Below, in pieces: positions 18,701 through 27,734 of a stretch of DNA of 30,295 nucleotides; the stretch's first letter is position 1, and every line of letters starts with the position of its first letter. The stretch spans positions 1 to 30,295 of the IMG/VR virus record IMGVR_UViG_3300035228_002167; one strand, given 5' to 3'. This DNA comes from a virus (Duplodnaviria; Caudoviricetes). The position numbers and the translations under genes were made by a program. The notes below the pieces were generated by a model, which had not been told where the DNA came from, ran no database searches, and was given only the letters and a program-made list of their open reading frames with translations.

Positions 18701-21700
18701 TCCAGATTTAACTGTTGATATTGAAAAATTATCATTATTATCAACAATAGCAAAAACTTGTGTTGGGAGAGTTGCAGTTATAGACCCATTTTTATAAGTC
18801 ATTGGAGAAGATGTCACACCAACAAATGTTGATTTCGGAGTGTATACTAATTCCTCCCCATTACTAAAGAAGTGATCATCAATCGAGAACTTTCCTGTAG
18901 ATGCATCAAGAATTACAGTATCTGATGGATTAAATTTCTTAGCAAAAATTGGAGTTTTATTTGATTGTAATATAAAATTATCTCTATTGATACGATCACC
19001 ATTTATTGCGAGATATCGAGCAGTATTGACCGTTTCAATAGATGTACCATATGAAAGATCTGGTGCTTGATTTAAAATATCAACATTAGTATATAAACAT
19101 TCACTAAATGATTTAATTTCTAGATCACCAGTAAAGTTGGAATCTGGATAGAATTTTAATAATACATTACTTCCCTGATATTCTCCACCAAATGTTCCAA
19201 TACCCATTGCCGTATCAAATGTTCCAATACCAGATGCTGAAAGGAATGATGATTGCTGTACATAAATGTCAGTTCCATCTTGAATCATCATTATTTGTTG
19301 AACTGATTTAGTAGTTCCAATTCCAACTTCAACTAAAGATTTGGAAGAATCGAATAAGTTTTTATCCAAACTTAAGAATGAAGTAGATACTCCAGAAGTC
19401 GTTGTAGAAAAACTTGCTTCATAGATTGCAGACCTTTCATTGCCTTCAGGTTGATTTGGTAAAATATATCTAAAAGTTCCAATACCGACAGATGTAACTC
19501 CAAATCCAACAACTCTTGTTTTTACAATTACATCTTCACTAGATTGATTTTCATAAGTTAAATTTACTGTGCCAGAGTTTATATTTGCATCAAAAGATCC
19601 TAATAAATTTGATGATCTGGAAAATTCTTCAGTATCAAAGTAGAATTCTGCAATACTTGTATTAGTCCCGTCATGTGTAAGATATACTTCGACGAAATTT
19701 GTTTCGTTAGAGGATTCTTTGTATATTTGTGCATTTATATGCAATGATTCAAATTTATCAGTAGAAAAACCAATAACATTATTTGAAGTTCCAGTAACAA
19801 TTTCTTGACTGCGAGATGTTAGATCAATAAATCCAATAGATGTTGTTCCAACTCCAACTATTTGAGCATCAAACTTTTTGTCAATATACTTAATGTCATA
19901 CTCTGTATCAAATGGATCCTTTGGAGTAAATCTAACAAAGGTATCACCAAATTCATCATTTTCAAGTGAAAAATCTCCATATTGTTCTCCATCATTTGTA
20001 GTTGCTCCAGATCCTACATTGACTAATGATTGTTTTTCTAAAACACCAATATTTCCACTTATAGAATTTTTTATAAAAATTAAACTTGTCAATTGAACCT
20101 GATTTTTTCCACTCACATCAGATACTTTAAAAAGGTAATTATTATAAGATTGAGAATTATTAATTTTAAGTAAATTCTTAAATGTCAACGGTTGATCTTC
20201 TGAATTAGAAAATTGATCTTTAATGTCATCTACTTTTAAAACAATATTTGACCGAGATTCATTATAATTTGTTAAATTTTTATTTTTTAATTTTAAAAAC
20301 TTGGATTTATTATTGACAAGATCAACATCTTTTACAAAATCAAATATATTAATAGTGTCAACTCTATTCTCTGAAATAAAGTCTTTAATTATTGTAGTTG
20401 AATTGGAAGTAGTTTTAATTCCAATCTTTTCATCCTCATCAGACATTACTACAGTGTCTGAGAAGTTTTTAATTCCTATTGAGTGGATCAAACTATTAAC
20501 GGGTGTTCTGATATCATTCCACTGTTGCTTACTACCAATAGAATATGATAAATTCTGATAATAATTATTATCAGCAAGAACTTGATAATCTTCACTTAAT
20601 TTTCCAGTTTCTTTATCCCAACCTTCATCTTTTCTATTTGAAAATTTAATCTCATAGAATCCTTCATATTTTTCTATAGATTCAATAGTGGCAATATTTC
20701 CTGAAGTTTTTCCTTCTATCTTTTCACCAGCAGAAAGATCATATGATCCAAATACTTTAAGAGATTCATCATTTGCAGTAACTTGCAAATCAATTTCTTC
20801 ACCACCGATTAGTAATTTTTCTCCAACATCAAAAGTTGATGGTGATAATGAGATTGAGAATGCAGGATAATTCTTTTTGGACACGACTGTTCCAAAAGAA
20901 TCCTGAATTGTTTTTGCAATTCCTGTATTTGTTCCCAATCCAGCAATACTAATAGTTACTTGGTCACTATTAAGACCAGCTGCAAATTTGTTTTCATATT
21001 TTGTTACAGTAAAGAATTTATATCCATAATCACTGGAATTAAATCCATTTCCATTTGTTCCAAATTTTTCAATCCCTTCAACAAAAACGTCATCATTTAC
21101 TGCAAAAATATCTGCAGGGAACCCTGCAGATGGTGTGGTTAGAATACATGTAAAAATTCCAGTATTTGATGATTGAACTTCTTTAATACTAACTCCATTA
21201 GTATTATTAATTGTAAAAAGTTCTGCTGATTGATCAGATATTCCCTTTGGAGAAACATCAATTTTCAATTCAGTAATTGAATTTGCAGTTAATATTGGAG
21301 AAATTAAACCATTATCTAGTTTCTCCCTAGTATCATTATTAATAATAACTATTTGCGGTGCAGAAATATATCCAGATCCACCAGTAACTATAGTTGCAAT
21401 TCCAATAGTATTTGAATCTTTCAATTCAATTTTGGGTGATATAAAAGATTCTGGTTGCAAAGTTTTATCTGAAGAATATTCAAATCCTTCATTAATAATT
21501 CTGGTGTCCTTAATTGACCCAATATCATTAGAATTTAAAGAAACAAACAAATTTTCCCCAGATGTTGAAGTTACATCTAAAAGAGTGGGTAATTTTTTAT
21601 ATCCAGAACCTCCAGATAATAAATGTATTTTATTTGCAGGACCGGATGCACTTAATGAGGTAGTGGTGTATTCTAATTTATCACACTCTGTAGATGCATA

Positions 21701-24700
21701 TGATAATTTTTCTGGAGATTTTTGTAGAGAAATTTGGAATGTTGTTAATCCTATATTAGAAGTAACATATGTTTGATTATATGAACTATCTACATATAAA
21801 ATTTCAGAATAATTACTTACATTAGTATCGGAAGAACTAATAAATCCAGATTTCTCTAAAGAGTAATAAAGTTTTCTTGGTAATTTGGAACTATTATTGA
21901 TTGTAAATGTTGCATTAGCAGATCCTATTATTCCAGAACTTTCTAGATTAAAAATACTTGTAGATCCGGTAGACACAAATTCATTATTGAAATCTTGATC
22001 ATAATAAACTTTAAACTCATATCCAGACAAAGAAGAGTCTGACAAATCAAATACTAAATTATTATTTTTTACGGACTCTATTCTAGGATTAATTTTGGAA
22101 ATATTTTGAGATTCTCCGCCAGTAGATGCAAAACTTACAACTATTGGAGGATTGCTAGTGGAATTAATTAATGTTTCACTCAACCTAATTGAATCTGAAT
22201 TTACTTTATAAACATAATATGAACCTGTCTGTAAACCAGAGACAGGAACATTTGCATCATAATATACTTTATCCCCAGTATTTAATTTGTGCGAAGCGAT
22301 TGAAATTTGATTAGTAGATGTACTTACTCCTAAAGAAGAAAATCCTATTGGATTAATTTGAAGATTTCCTGTTAAGGAATTTCTGCTTACTTTAACGGCA
22401 GTAGAAGTTCCAATACCAACAGAGAGATTTGGTTCTACAATTAAAGAAATTTTATCCCCAACAGTCAATCCATGTGCTGTTGATATTGAAACAGTAGTTA
22501 TAATTTTTTCAACTTTTGCCGTTTTTTGTTCATAATTACTTTCAAAATAATATTCATCACTATCGTCACCATTACCTCTAAAATAAACTTCCTCCGAAGT
22601 TCGGGTAGTTTTTATCCCAATAGTGCTTGGAGACTTATTGACAGCATATACTGGTTCTGCTGTTGGAAGATCAAATGGTGTTCCGGTTGGTGAAGTTGAA
22701 ATTGAAATAACTCCATTACCATTTGAATTAAAAGTAAGTTTTTGATTAGTCTCAAATGGATGATTTTCAATACTAATTCTTCTTGTAGGAATAGATCCTG
22801 TAATTGTCTCTTGACCAAAAGTAAATGATGTTGAATATCCAACACCTGATATTGTACCTACTCCAACAGATTCTCTCGGATTAAAGTAAACTCTATCATT
22901 AGATTTTGAGTCAAAATAATCAAGTTTTTTATTTACTGTAAATGTTTTTGATTTGAAAGATACTGCTGTTCCAAAAGTATGTGCAATTCCAGCATCACCT
23001 CTTTTTACTCTAAAAATATTTTTATCTTGATATACATTCAAAACTGCTAAAGTTTCTGTTCCAATACCAATACTACTACCAACCGAAACTCCAGGTGGTA
23101 TTTGAGTTACATAAATTTCAGTTGTTATTCCAGATGATATGGATGCTACAATTTCTGTAGTTAATCCAGAATTTGGAATAGTTGGAACATCAATTTGGAA
23201 ATAATCATTTAACCTGGTAAGTTGAGAGGTACTAAATCCAGATATTGTGACATAATCGTTGTCCGATAAAGTATGGAAAGGAGATATAGTTACTAATACT
23301 TTTCCGTCATTTCTCCAAGTGAATAGGGCATCATTATAAACATCATTAGAACTATTAATATTATTAATAGTTTTGCCTTTTATTGAAGATACATTAGCAG
23401 AAATTCCTCCACCATTTGTATTAGTATTATCAAAAATTAAGTTATCATTTACTTTATAATCTTCTCCAGAATTTACGATTTCTATAGAAGAAACAGATCC
23501 TTGCTGAACAGATTCAATAGAAATTTTTTGTCTTTTGATCTCATTACTTTCAATAATAAAATCATTACCAGCATTTAATTCTGAAATTTTATATGGTAAA
23601 GTATTTCTAGAAAGAGATGAATTATTAAAATCAAATTTTTGATCTAAGGTTTTATTTTCTTTGATGGTATTTGATCTAAAAGTATTTCCAATAAAATATG
23701 GAAAATCTGGTTTTCCATTGGCATCAATTGTGGCATAATATGCATATACTCCATTTGGAAAATCTAGTGTTTTTGCAAATGTTCCATTATTTCTGTCAAG
23801 ATCTCCATTTTGACTATCATACTTATAATCCTCTACAAAAGATCCAAGAGGAAATTCTATTACTGATGGTCTATCTAAAATATTGGATACACTCTTAGTG
23901 TATCCTGTTGTCATAGTTTTAATTCCTAAATTTGTATTTTCAGGATCTATAGACGAATATGATCCATAAATTGGATTTCCATCATATGCCCATCCAATAA
24001 TTTCCGATAATGATGTTCCATCATCATTAAATGAATTTCTTAATGCCTCAAAATATCCAGTCACCGAATATGTTAATTCGTCATCTTCATCGACTAATAT
24101 TTCATTTTGTTGTGTAGATAATTTTTCAACTTGATTTATTGTAAGTGATCTTATAGATGAATCTAATATTGCTCCCTTTCCTGCTGGAATAATTTCAATA
24201 GAACTTGATGTAGAATATCCGATTCCAGCATTAAGTACCTTTACATCATTAATTTTTTGATTAACAATTACTGCTCTCAATTTAGCACCAGTTCCGGAAC
24301 CTGTTGGATCGAAAACTACTAAATCTGGAACTGAAAAATACTCAGATCCTCCAAATTGTAAATTGACTTCATTTATAGATCCATTTACAATAAGTGGTTT
24401 TAGACTAGCATCTTTTCCAATTTTGAAAGTAAAAGATGGTTTTTTCTCAAGATTTAAAATATTCGACCCATACTTTGTTCCTTCTTCATAAAGATAAATT
24501 TGCTCAAGATTTCCCTTAATAATTGGTGTAGCAATTATAGATTGAGATTGTGTTGTTGTTCCTAATCCAACAGATGTAAATTCGACAGACACTTGTATGT
24601 CTGGATATTTAAACTGATGAAACCCAGATCCTATAGATGTGAAGTTTACATACTTGTTCCTCTCATAGTTTGTAGTAATTGTTCCCCCAATACCAGCATC

Positions 24701-27700
24701 AGATAATCTGAAAGAATTATCATTATTCTTTAAAATATAATATTGATTAGTTGTTGTTAGGCCAGTTATCGATGATCCTGTTGATGAATATTCAATAATC
24801 TCACCATCAGAAAATCCATGATCAGTGAAACTAATTACGTCATTAGATGTAGAAATTCCTGAAGGTTTGACTAAGAGTTTTCTATTTGTAAATTTTCCTC
24901 CATCTAAAACTTTTATTTCGGAAATTGTATTTCTTTGATTTAGAGTTACAAATTTTTGTGTTCCAGTTAAGGATGACGATTCGAAAGAAATTGCATTAGT
25001 TTCTGATTGAAAATCTGTAAATGTATTGAATAACTTAATGGTTATATTATTATCGACTTTTGCAAAGTAATTGGAATTATCAATTAATGTGGATACTCCC
25101 AATCCAATGGTAACGTTACTATTTCCATTATTTCTATAAGTAATTTCTTCTCCATCAATAAAATTGTGATTAGTTAAAAATGTAATTTGTGCACTAGTTG
25201 TACTTATACCTCCCCCATCAGTTACGCTTCTAGCATCAAATAACACATCTCTTTTTCTAACATTTAGTATTGGTTCAAACGATCCACCAGATCCATTTCC
25301 TCCAGCAACATTGATCGATAAAACTTCTTTGATGTCAAATTGTTGATTGTCAATAAAAATATCTTCAATAGTTCCAGTAACTACTGGTTGAACTAATGCA
25401 GTTGTTCCAAGTCCGGCAGAAACTTCAATGAATGGAGGATTGATAACATCAAAATCAGATCCCCCATTTAGAACTTCAACTTTTTCTAGAGGTCCAAAAT
25501 AAACTTTATCAAAGGTTTTGTAATTTGATATTTCAACACCATTAATTAACATTCCAATTTTACCTGGATTTGTTATCTCTCCGATACCATTTTTGATATT
25601 CGGATCTAGTGTAAATTTCTTTAAGACTTTTTGTGGATTTATTGTTTTCGATTTTTGTGAATATAAAGTGAAACTATGTGTTTCTAAAGTGGAAGTTGAG
25701 GATTCAAATTGAATACTATTCGAATCCGAATCTAAGAAACTTGATGATGCGAAAAGTTTTATCTTTCTAGGATTGGTCGATGAAACCTTTACATAATAAG
25801 ATCCCTCCAACAGTCCTGTGAGAGGTGTCCCAGATGCCTTGTATTCAATTTTTTCACCATTTATGAAAGGAACATCATTATCAAATAAAATGGAGGTGTA
25901 CAGTCCAGTTTCAAAATCAAAATCCTCAAGACTTCCGGAAGTCGAAGAAATTATCGATTCATTTAATCCTTTAGTTATTTGATAAGAGTAAAAATTAGTA
26001 AATCCATTTCCCCAAGATGGAAGTGAATTTGAAGCTACATATGCAAATTTATCGCCATCTAAGTAAACATTTTGAACATCAGAAATAATTGTATTATTTC
26101 CATATTTAAAATTAACAAGATCACTATTAGATCTATTAATTTTTCTCCTCAACTTATAAGTAGAACTTGAGTTTGGAGAAAAAGAACTTAAATTTGCTAC
26201 CGTTATAGATTTAGAATCTAAAGGTATATCAGAACTAATATATGGCAAATCCGAATTTGATGTTGGGTATACAACATCGTTGGTTGAAACATCAATAAAC
26301 TCTACAAGATCCCCTTTTTTAAGTTGTGATCTATCGACTGATGCTTTTAATAGAATTGTTGCGCCACTAAATGTGGAGATATCTACGGAAGAACTAGTAT
26401 TATAAATCCAAGAATTTGCAAATATTTCTTTATATGTTTTATTTTGCTCTGGATTTTTAACTAAACTACCAACATTTTTAACCGTTATGATCTGACCTTC
26501 ATCAACAGAAATGGATTTTGATCTCTGGATAAAATTTGATAATACTCCTGTCAGTCTAAGAACTACTTTATTTTCTATATTTCCATTTTCATATGAAAAA
26601 TAGGTGTCATCAGAAAAAATATTATCAGTAGCAGAAATATTCTGAGCAATTCCAGAACATCCTAAAAACTGATTTATACTTTTATCAGTATAAGTAATAA
26701 CATTATTACCAGAATATATTGTTCCCGTCTGACCAAATCCAATTGTTGAGTCTACTGATATTACAGATGAACCTGCATTTACATTTTCAAGAACTTTTGA
26801 GTTTGGAGTAATGATAAAATTACCCTTAACATTACTGTTTTCGGCATATCCAACAAATAATCCTATTTTGAAATATTGTTTTAGATTTCTAGTAAATGCT
26901 TCAATAGAAGATATTGAAGCGTTTGTTTCAGGATCTGTAGTTTTAACTAATGTTTGTCCGACTATTTTTGTTGGGTCACCACTTATTACTTCAGCTACAC
27001 ATATTTCTCTTCTAATAAATTCTGCATCTGAAGGTTTGATTAAGTAATTTTCAAGATTGATTATTCTAGGAGTTTCTCCATACAATACATTAAATAGTAT
27101 TCTAAATGAATCATCAGTTCCTTTTGATTCATAAAAAGATCTAGATTCTTTTATAAAGTTTCCAACATCAATTTTTGAATCAAAAACTCTATTTTCAAAT
27201 CCTGGAGTATATGTAGTCTTAAGTTTTTTATAGAACTCATTTAAGAACAGAGAACTTAAATTTTGTATATTTGATTCTGATGTATGAGACTCTGCTGTTG
27301 TTGTAGAAAATACTAATTCTTCTTGATTTAGATCTTGATGATAACTGGTGATACCACTAAATCCACGAACACATCCAGTAAAACTATTTGTAGTAAGTCC
27401 AGTATATGTAATAACTTCATCATCAATCTTCAATAAACCATACTGATTTGGAAATCCTTTAGTACTAGAAACTGAGATAATATCACTACTTACATCAATA
27501 TCTGCAGATAAAGTTGTTGATCCTATAACAACTTCTGGGGTAAGATTATCTACCTTTAGATATTGATCTAAATTTTCTACAATATCAACCGGACCTCCCT
27601 GATATTCTTGGGAGATATAATATTGCTTTAAAAAATCAATAGTCTTTGGACTTTCATCCAAAACAAACTCTGGTAGTTGATTTGAAACTATATCCTGAAT

Positions 27701-27733
27701 CTTAATTCTAGACTCAATTCCAGTTTGTATCAT
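15776..27733 (-). CDS. gp7: Giant baseplate wedge initiator, gp7-like (3985 aa)
   Basis: Lies between gp6 and gp8. N-terminal I...V.NQLPEFV..E.P...DFLKQYY.SQE and FY.SKGT..SFRILF.VLYGE. Contains many beta-repeat modules, a YHYH-like segment, and DNNYYQNLSYSI...W......V...H..G. Confidence 0.85.
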   Translation of the reverse strand: MIQTGIESRIKIQDIVSNQLPEFVLDESPKTIDFLKQYYISQEYQGGPVDIVENLDQYLKVDNLTPEVVIGSTTLSADIDVSSDIISVSSTKGFPNQYGLLKIDDEVITYTGLTTNSFTGCVRGFSGITSYHQDLNQEELVFSTTTAESHTSESNIQNLSSLFLNEFYKKLKTTYTPGFENRVFDSKIDVGNFIKESRSFYESKGTDDSFRILFNVLYGETPRIINLENYLIKPSDAEFIRREICVAEVISGDPTKIVGQTLVKTTDPETNASISSIEAFTRNLKQYFKIGLFVGYAENSNVKGNFIITPNSKVLENVNAGSSVISVDSTIGFGQTGTIYSGNNVITYTDKSINQFLGCSGIAQNISATDNIFSDDTYFSYENGNIENKVVLRLTGVLSNFIQRSKSISVDEGQIITVKNVGSLVKNPEQNKTYKEIFANSWIYNTSSSVDISTFSGATILLKASVDRSQLKKGDLVEFIDVSTNDVVYPTSNSDLPYISSDIPLDSKSITVANLSSFSPNSSSTYKLRRKINRSNSDLVNFKYGNNTIISDVQNVYLDGDKFAYVASNSLPSWGNGFTNFYSYQITKGLNESIISSTSGSLEDFDFETGLYTSILFDNDVPFINGEKIEYKASGTPLTGLLEGSYYVKVSSTNPRKIKLFASSSFLDSDSNSIQFESSTSTLETHSFTLYSQKSKTINPQKVLKKFTLDPNIKNGIGEITNPGKIGMLINGVEISNYKTFDKVYFGPLEKVEVLNGGSDFDVINPPFIEVSAGLGTTALVQPVVTGTIEDIFIDNQQFDIKEVLSINVAGGNGSGGSFEPILNVRKRDVLFDARSVTDGGGISTTSAQITFLTNHNFIDGEEITYRNNGNSNVTIGLGVSTLIDNSNYFAKVDNNITIKLFNTFTDFQSETNAISFESSSLTGTQKFVTLNQRNTISEIKVLDGGKFTNRKLLVKPSGISTSNDVISFTDHGFSDGEIIEYSSTGSSITGLTTTNQYYILKNNDNSFRLSDAGIGGTITTNYERNKYVNFTSIGSGFHQFKYPDIQVSVEFTSVGLGTTTQSQSIIATPIIKGNLEQIYLYEEGTKYGSNILNLEKKPSFTFKIGKDASLKPLIVNGSINEVNLQFGGSEYFSVPDLVVFDPTGSGTGAKLRAVIVNQKINDVKVLNAGIGYSTSSSIEIIPAGKGAILDSSIRSLTINQVEKLSTQQNEILVDEDDELTYSVTGYFEALRNSFNDDGTSLSEIIGWAYDGNPIYGSYSSIDPENTNLGIKTMTTGYTKSVSNILDRPSVIEFPLGSFVEDYKYDSQNGDLDRNNGTFAKTLDFPNGVYAYYATIDANGKPDFPYFIGNTFRSNTIKENKTLDQKFDFNNSSLSRNTLPYKISELNAGNDFIIESNEIKRQKISIESVQQGSVSSIEIVNSGEDYKVNDNLIFDNTNTNGGGISANVSSIKGKTINNINSSNDVYNDALFTWRNDGKVLVTISPFHTLSDNDYVTISGFSTSQLTRLNDYFQIDVPTIPNSGLTTEIVASISSGITTEIYVTQIPPGVSVGSSIGIGTETLAVLNVYQDKNIFRVKRGDAGIAHTFGTAVSFKSKTFTVNKKLDYFDSKSNDRVYFNPRESVGVGTISGVGYSTSFTFGQETITGSIPTRRISIENHPFETNQKLTFNSNGNGVISISTSPTGTPFDLPTAEPVYAVNKSPSTIGIKTTRTSEEVYFRGNGDDSDEYYFESNYEQKTAKVEKIITTVSISTAHGLTVGDKISLIVEPNLSVGIGTSTAVKVSRNSLTGNLQINPIGFSSLGVSTSTNQISIASHKLNTGDKVYYDANVPVSGLQTGSYYVYKVNSDSIRLSETLINSTSNPPIVVSFASTGGESQNISKINPRIESVKNNNLVFDLSDSSLSGYEFKVYYDQDFNNEFVSTGSTSIFNLESSGIIGSANATFTINNSSKLPRKLYYSLEKSGFISSSDTNVSNYSEILYVDSSYNQTYVTSNIGLTTFQISLQKSPEKLSYASTECDKLEYTTTSLSASGPANKIHLLSGGSGYKKLPTLLDVTSTSGENLFVSLNSNDIGSIKDTRIINEGFEYSSDKTLQPESFISPKIELKDSNTIGIATIVTGGSGYISAPQIVIINNDTREKLDNGLISPILTANSITELKIDVSPKGISDQSAELFTINNTNGVSIKEVQSSNTGIFTCILTTPSAGFPADIFAVNDDVFVEGIEKFGTNGNGFNSSDYGYKFFTVTKYENKFAAGLNSDQVTISIAGLGTNTGIAKTIQDSFGTVVSKKNYPAFSISLSPSTFDVGEKLLIGGEEIDLQVTANDESLKVFGSYDLSAGEKIEGKTSGNIATIESIEKYEGFYEIKFSNRKDEGWDKETGKLSEDYQVLADNNYYQNLSYSIGSKQQWNDIRTPVNSLIHSIGIKNFSDTVVMSDEDEKIGIKTTSNSTTIIKDFISENRVDTINIFDFVKDVDLVNNKSKFLKLKNKNLTNYNESRSNIVLKVDDIKDQFSNSEDQPLTFKNLLKINNSQSYNNYLFKVSDVSGKNQVQLTSLIFIKNSISGNIGVLEKQSLVNVGSGATTNDGEQYGDFSLENDEFGDTFVRFTPKDPFDTEYDIKYIDKKFDAQIVGVGTTSIGFIDLTSRSQEIVTGTSNNVIGFSTDKFESLHINAQIYKESSNETNFVEVYLTHDGTNTSIAEFYFDTEEFSRSSNLLGSFDANINSGTVNLTYENQSSEDVIVKTRVVGFGVTSVGIGTFRYILPNQPEGNERSAIYEASFSTTTSGVSTSFLSLDKNLFDSSKSLVEVGIGTTKSVQQIMMIQDGTDIYVQQSSFLSASGIGTFDTAMGIGTFGGEYQGSNVLLKFYPDSNFTGDLEIKSFSECLYTNVDILNQAPDLSYGTSIETVNTARYLAINGDRINRDNFILQSNKTPIFAKKFNPSDTVILDASTGKFSIDDHFFSNGEELVYTPKSTFVGVTSSPMTYKNGSITATLPTQVFAIVDNNDNFSISTVKSGTAVTFTSLGSGNSHEFAMAKRNEKVLITVDNIAQYPIAFTKVAKTLNGNISTTSTLFALSGISTINPLDILRVDDEYMNIINVGLGTLSTGPITNTGTIPLVEVERGHVGSSAINHSSASVARIYKGSYNIVGDSIFFANPPRGNSNISRTENNLEFETSDFTGRVFLRKNYDTNEIFDNISDEFTGIGRTFTLTVGGANTAGIGTIGGNGVVFINGIFQTPTTQNNPLNNFSIIEQTTPTGISSVVFSGIRTDISNANSILISESDVNQNQIPRGGVIISFGSTGGQGYAPLAGAAVTAIISGGTIQNSIGIGTTDNVGSGYNSIVSIGVSIVDPTGNGSGAVITASPVGTGGTLTFNVTNGGSNYSNQTKIFVSEPSYENLEVTGVSRIGLGLTTDTGIGLLLNVNVGASSTTGIGSTYHSVDNFTITRSGYSFRKGDVLKPVGLVTAAGLTSPLSEFELTVLEVFNDNFASWQFGELDYIDSVENFQDGIRIRFPLFYNGSLLSFQKPEDSSLDLQNALLIFINGTIQEPGESYTFDGGTSFAFSVAPKPEDKIDIFFYRGTRGEDDLLVENVIPSLEKGDNVKVYKNDTIAETETQDQRTIFDISSSDKFETNLYIDQGVDEINFKPMSWTKQKTDRVINGEFVSKKRSSIIAQIYPTAKIIKDIEIGDATIYVDDVSNFDYNLGNVYTFSSIIVDGKLDSSPANITAIIGAGGTVSSLTIENGGSGYVGSTVNIKLQNPLQIDDPQNVGVGTTATATATVTNGAITATTITNPGFGYTVAPKIIAPLPNVNLENLSKIESIKGFSGNVTEIEAVSPTSGHPKALKFTLDVSPGIFNDGSNVLNIGNPIFIKNTTIGSGVTSVDSSNSAVVGIGTTFVDNIYYVRQISTNGSVGIITCNIDSGTDVTGLTANGNTGKFSWGSFQNFTRSSSPISIGVSGKTVDVGLSTFPTIQRRSEGLRNIGALPEILN

Positions 27734-27734
27734 A

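Noticed and set aside
6756-27733. Inteins, introns or stop-codon recoding as an explanation for the giant ORFs
   Set aside because: Both frames are uninterrupted under the standard code. No Hint-type C/S...HN boundaries or LAGLIDADG/HNH motifs were recognised by eye, and TAA, TAG and TGA all serve as real stops in the window.
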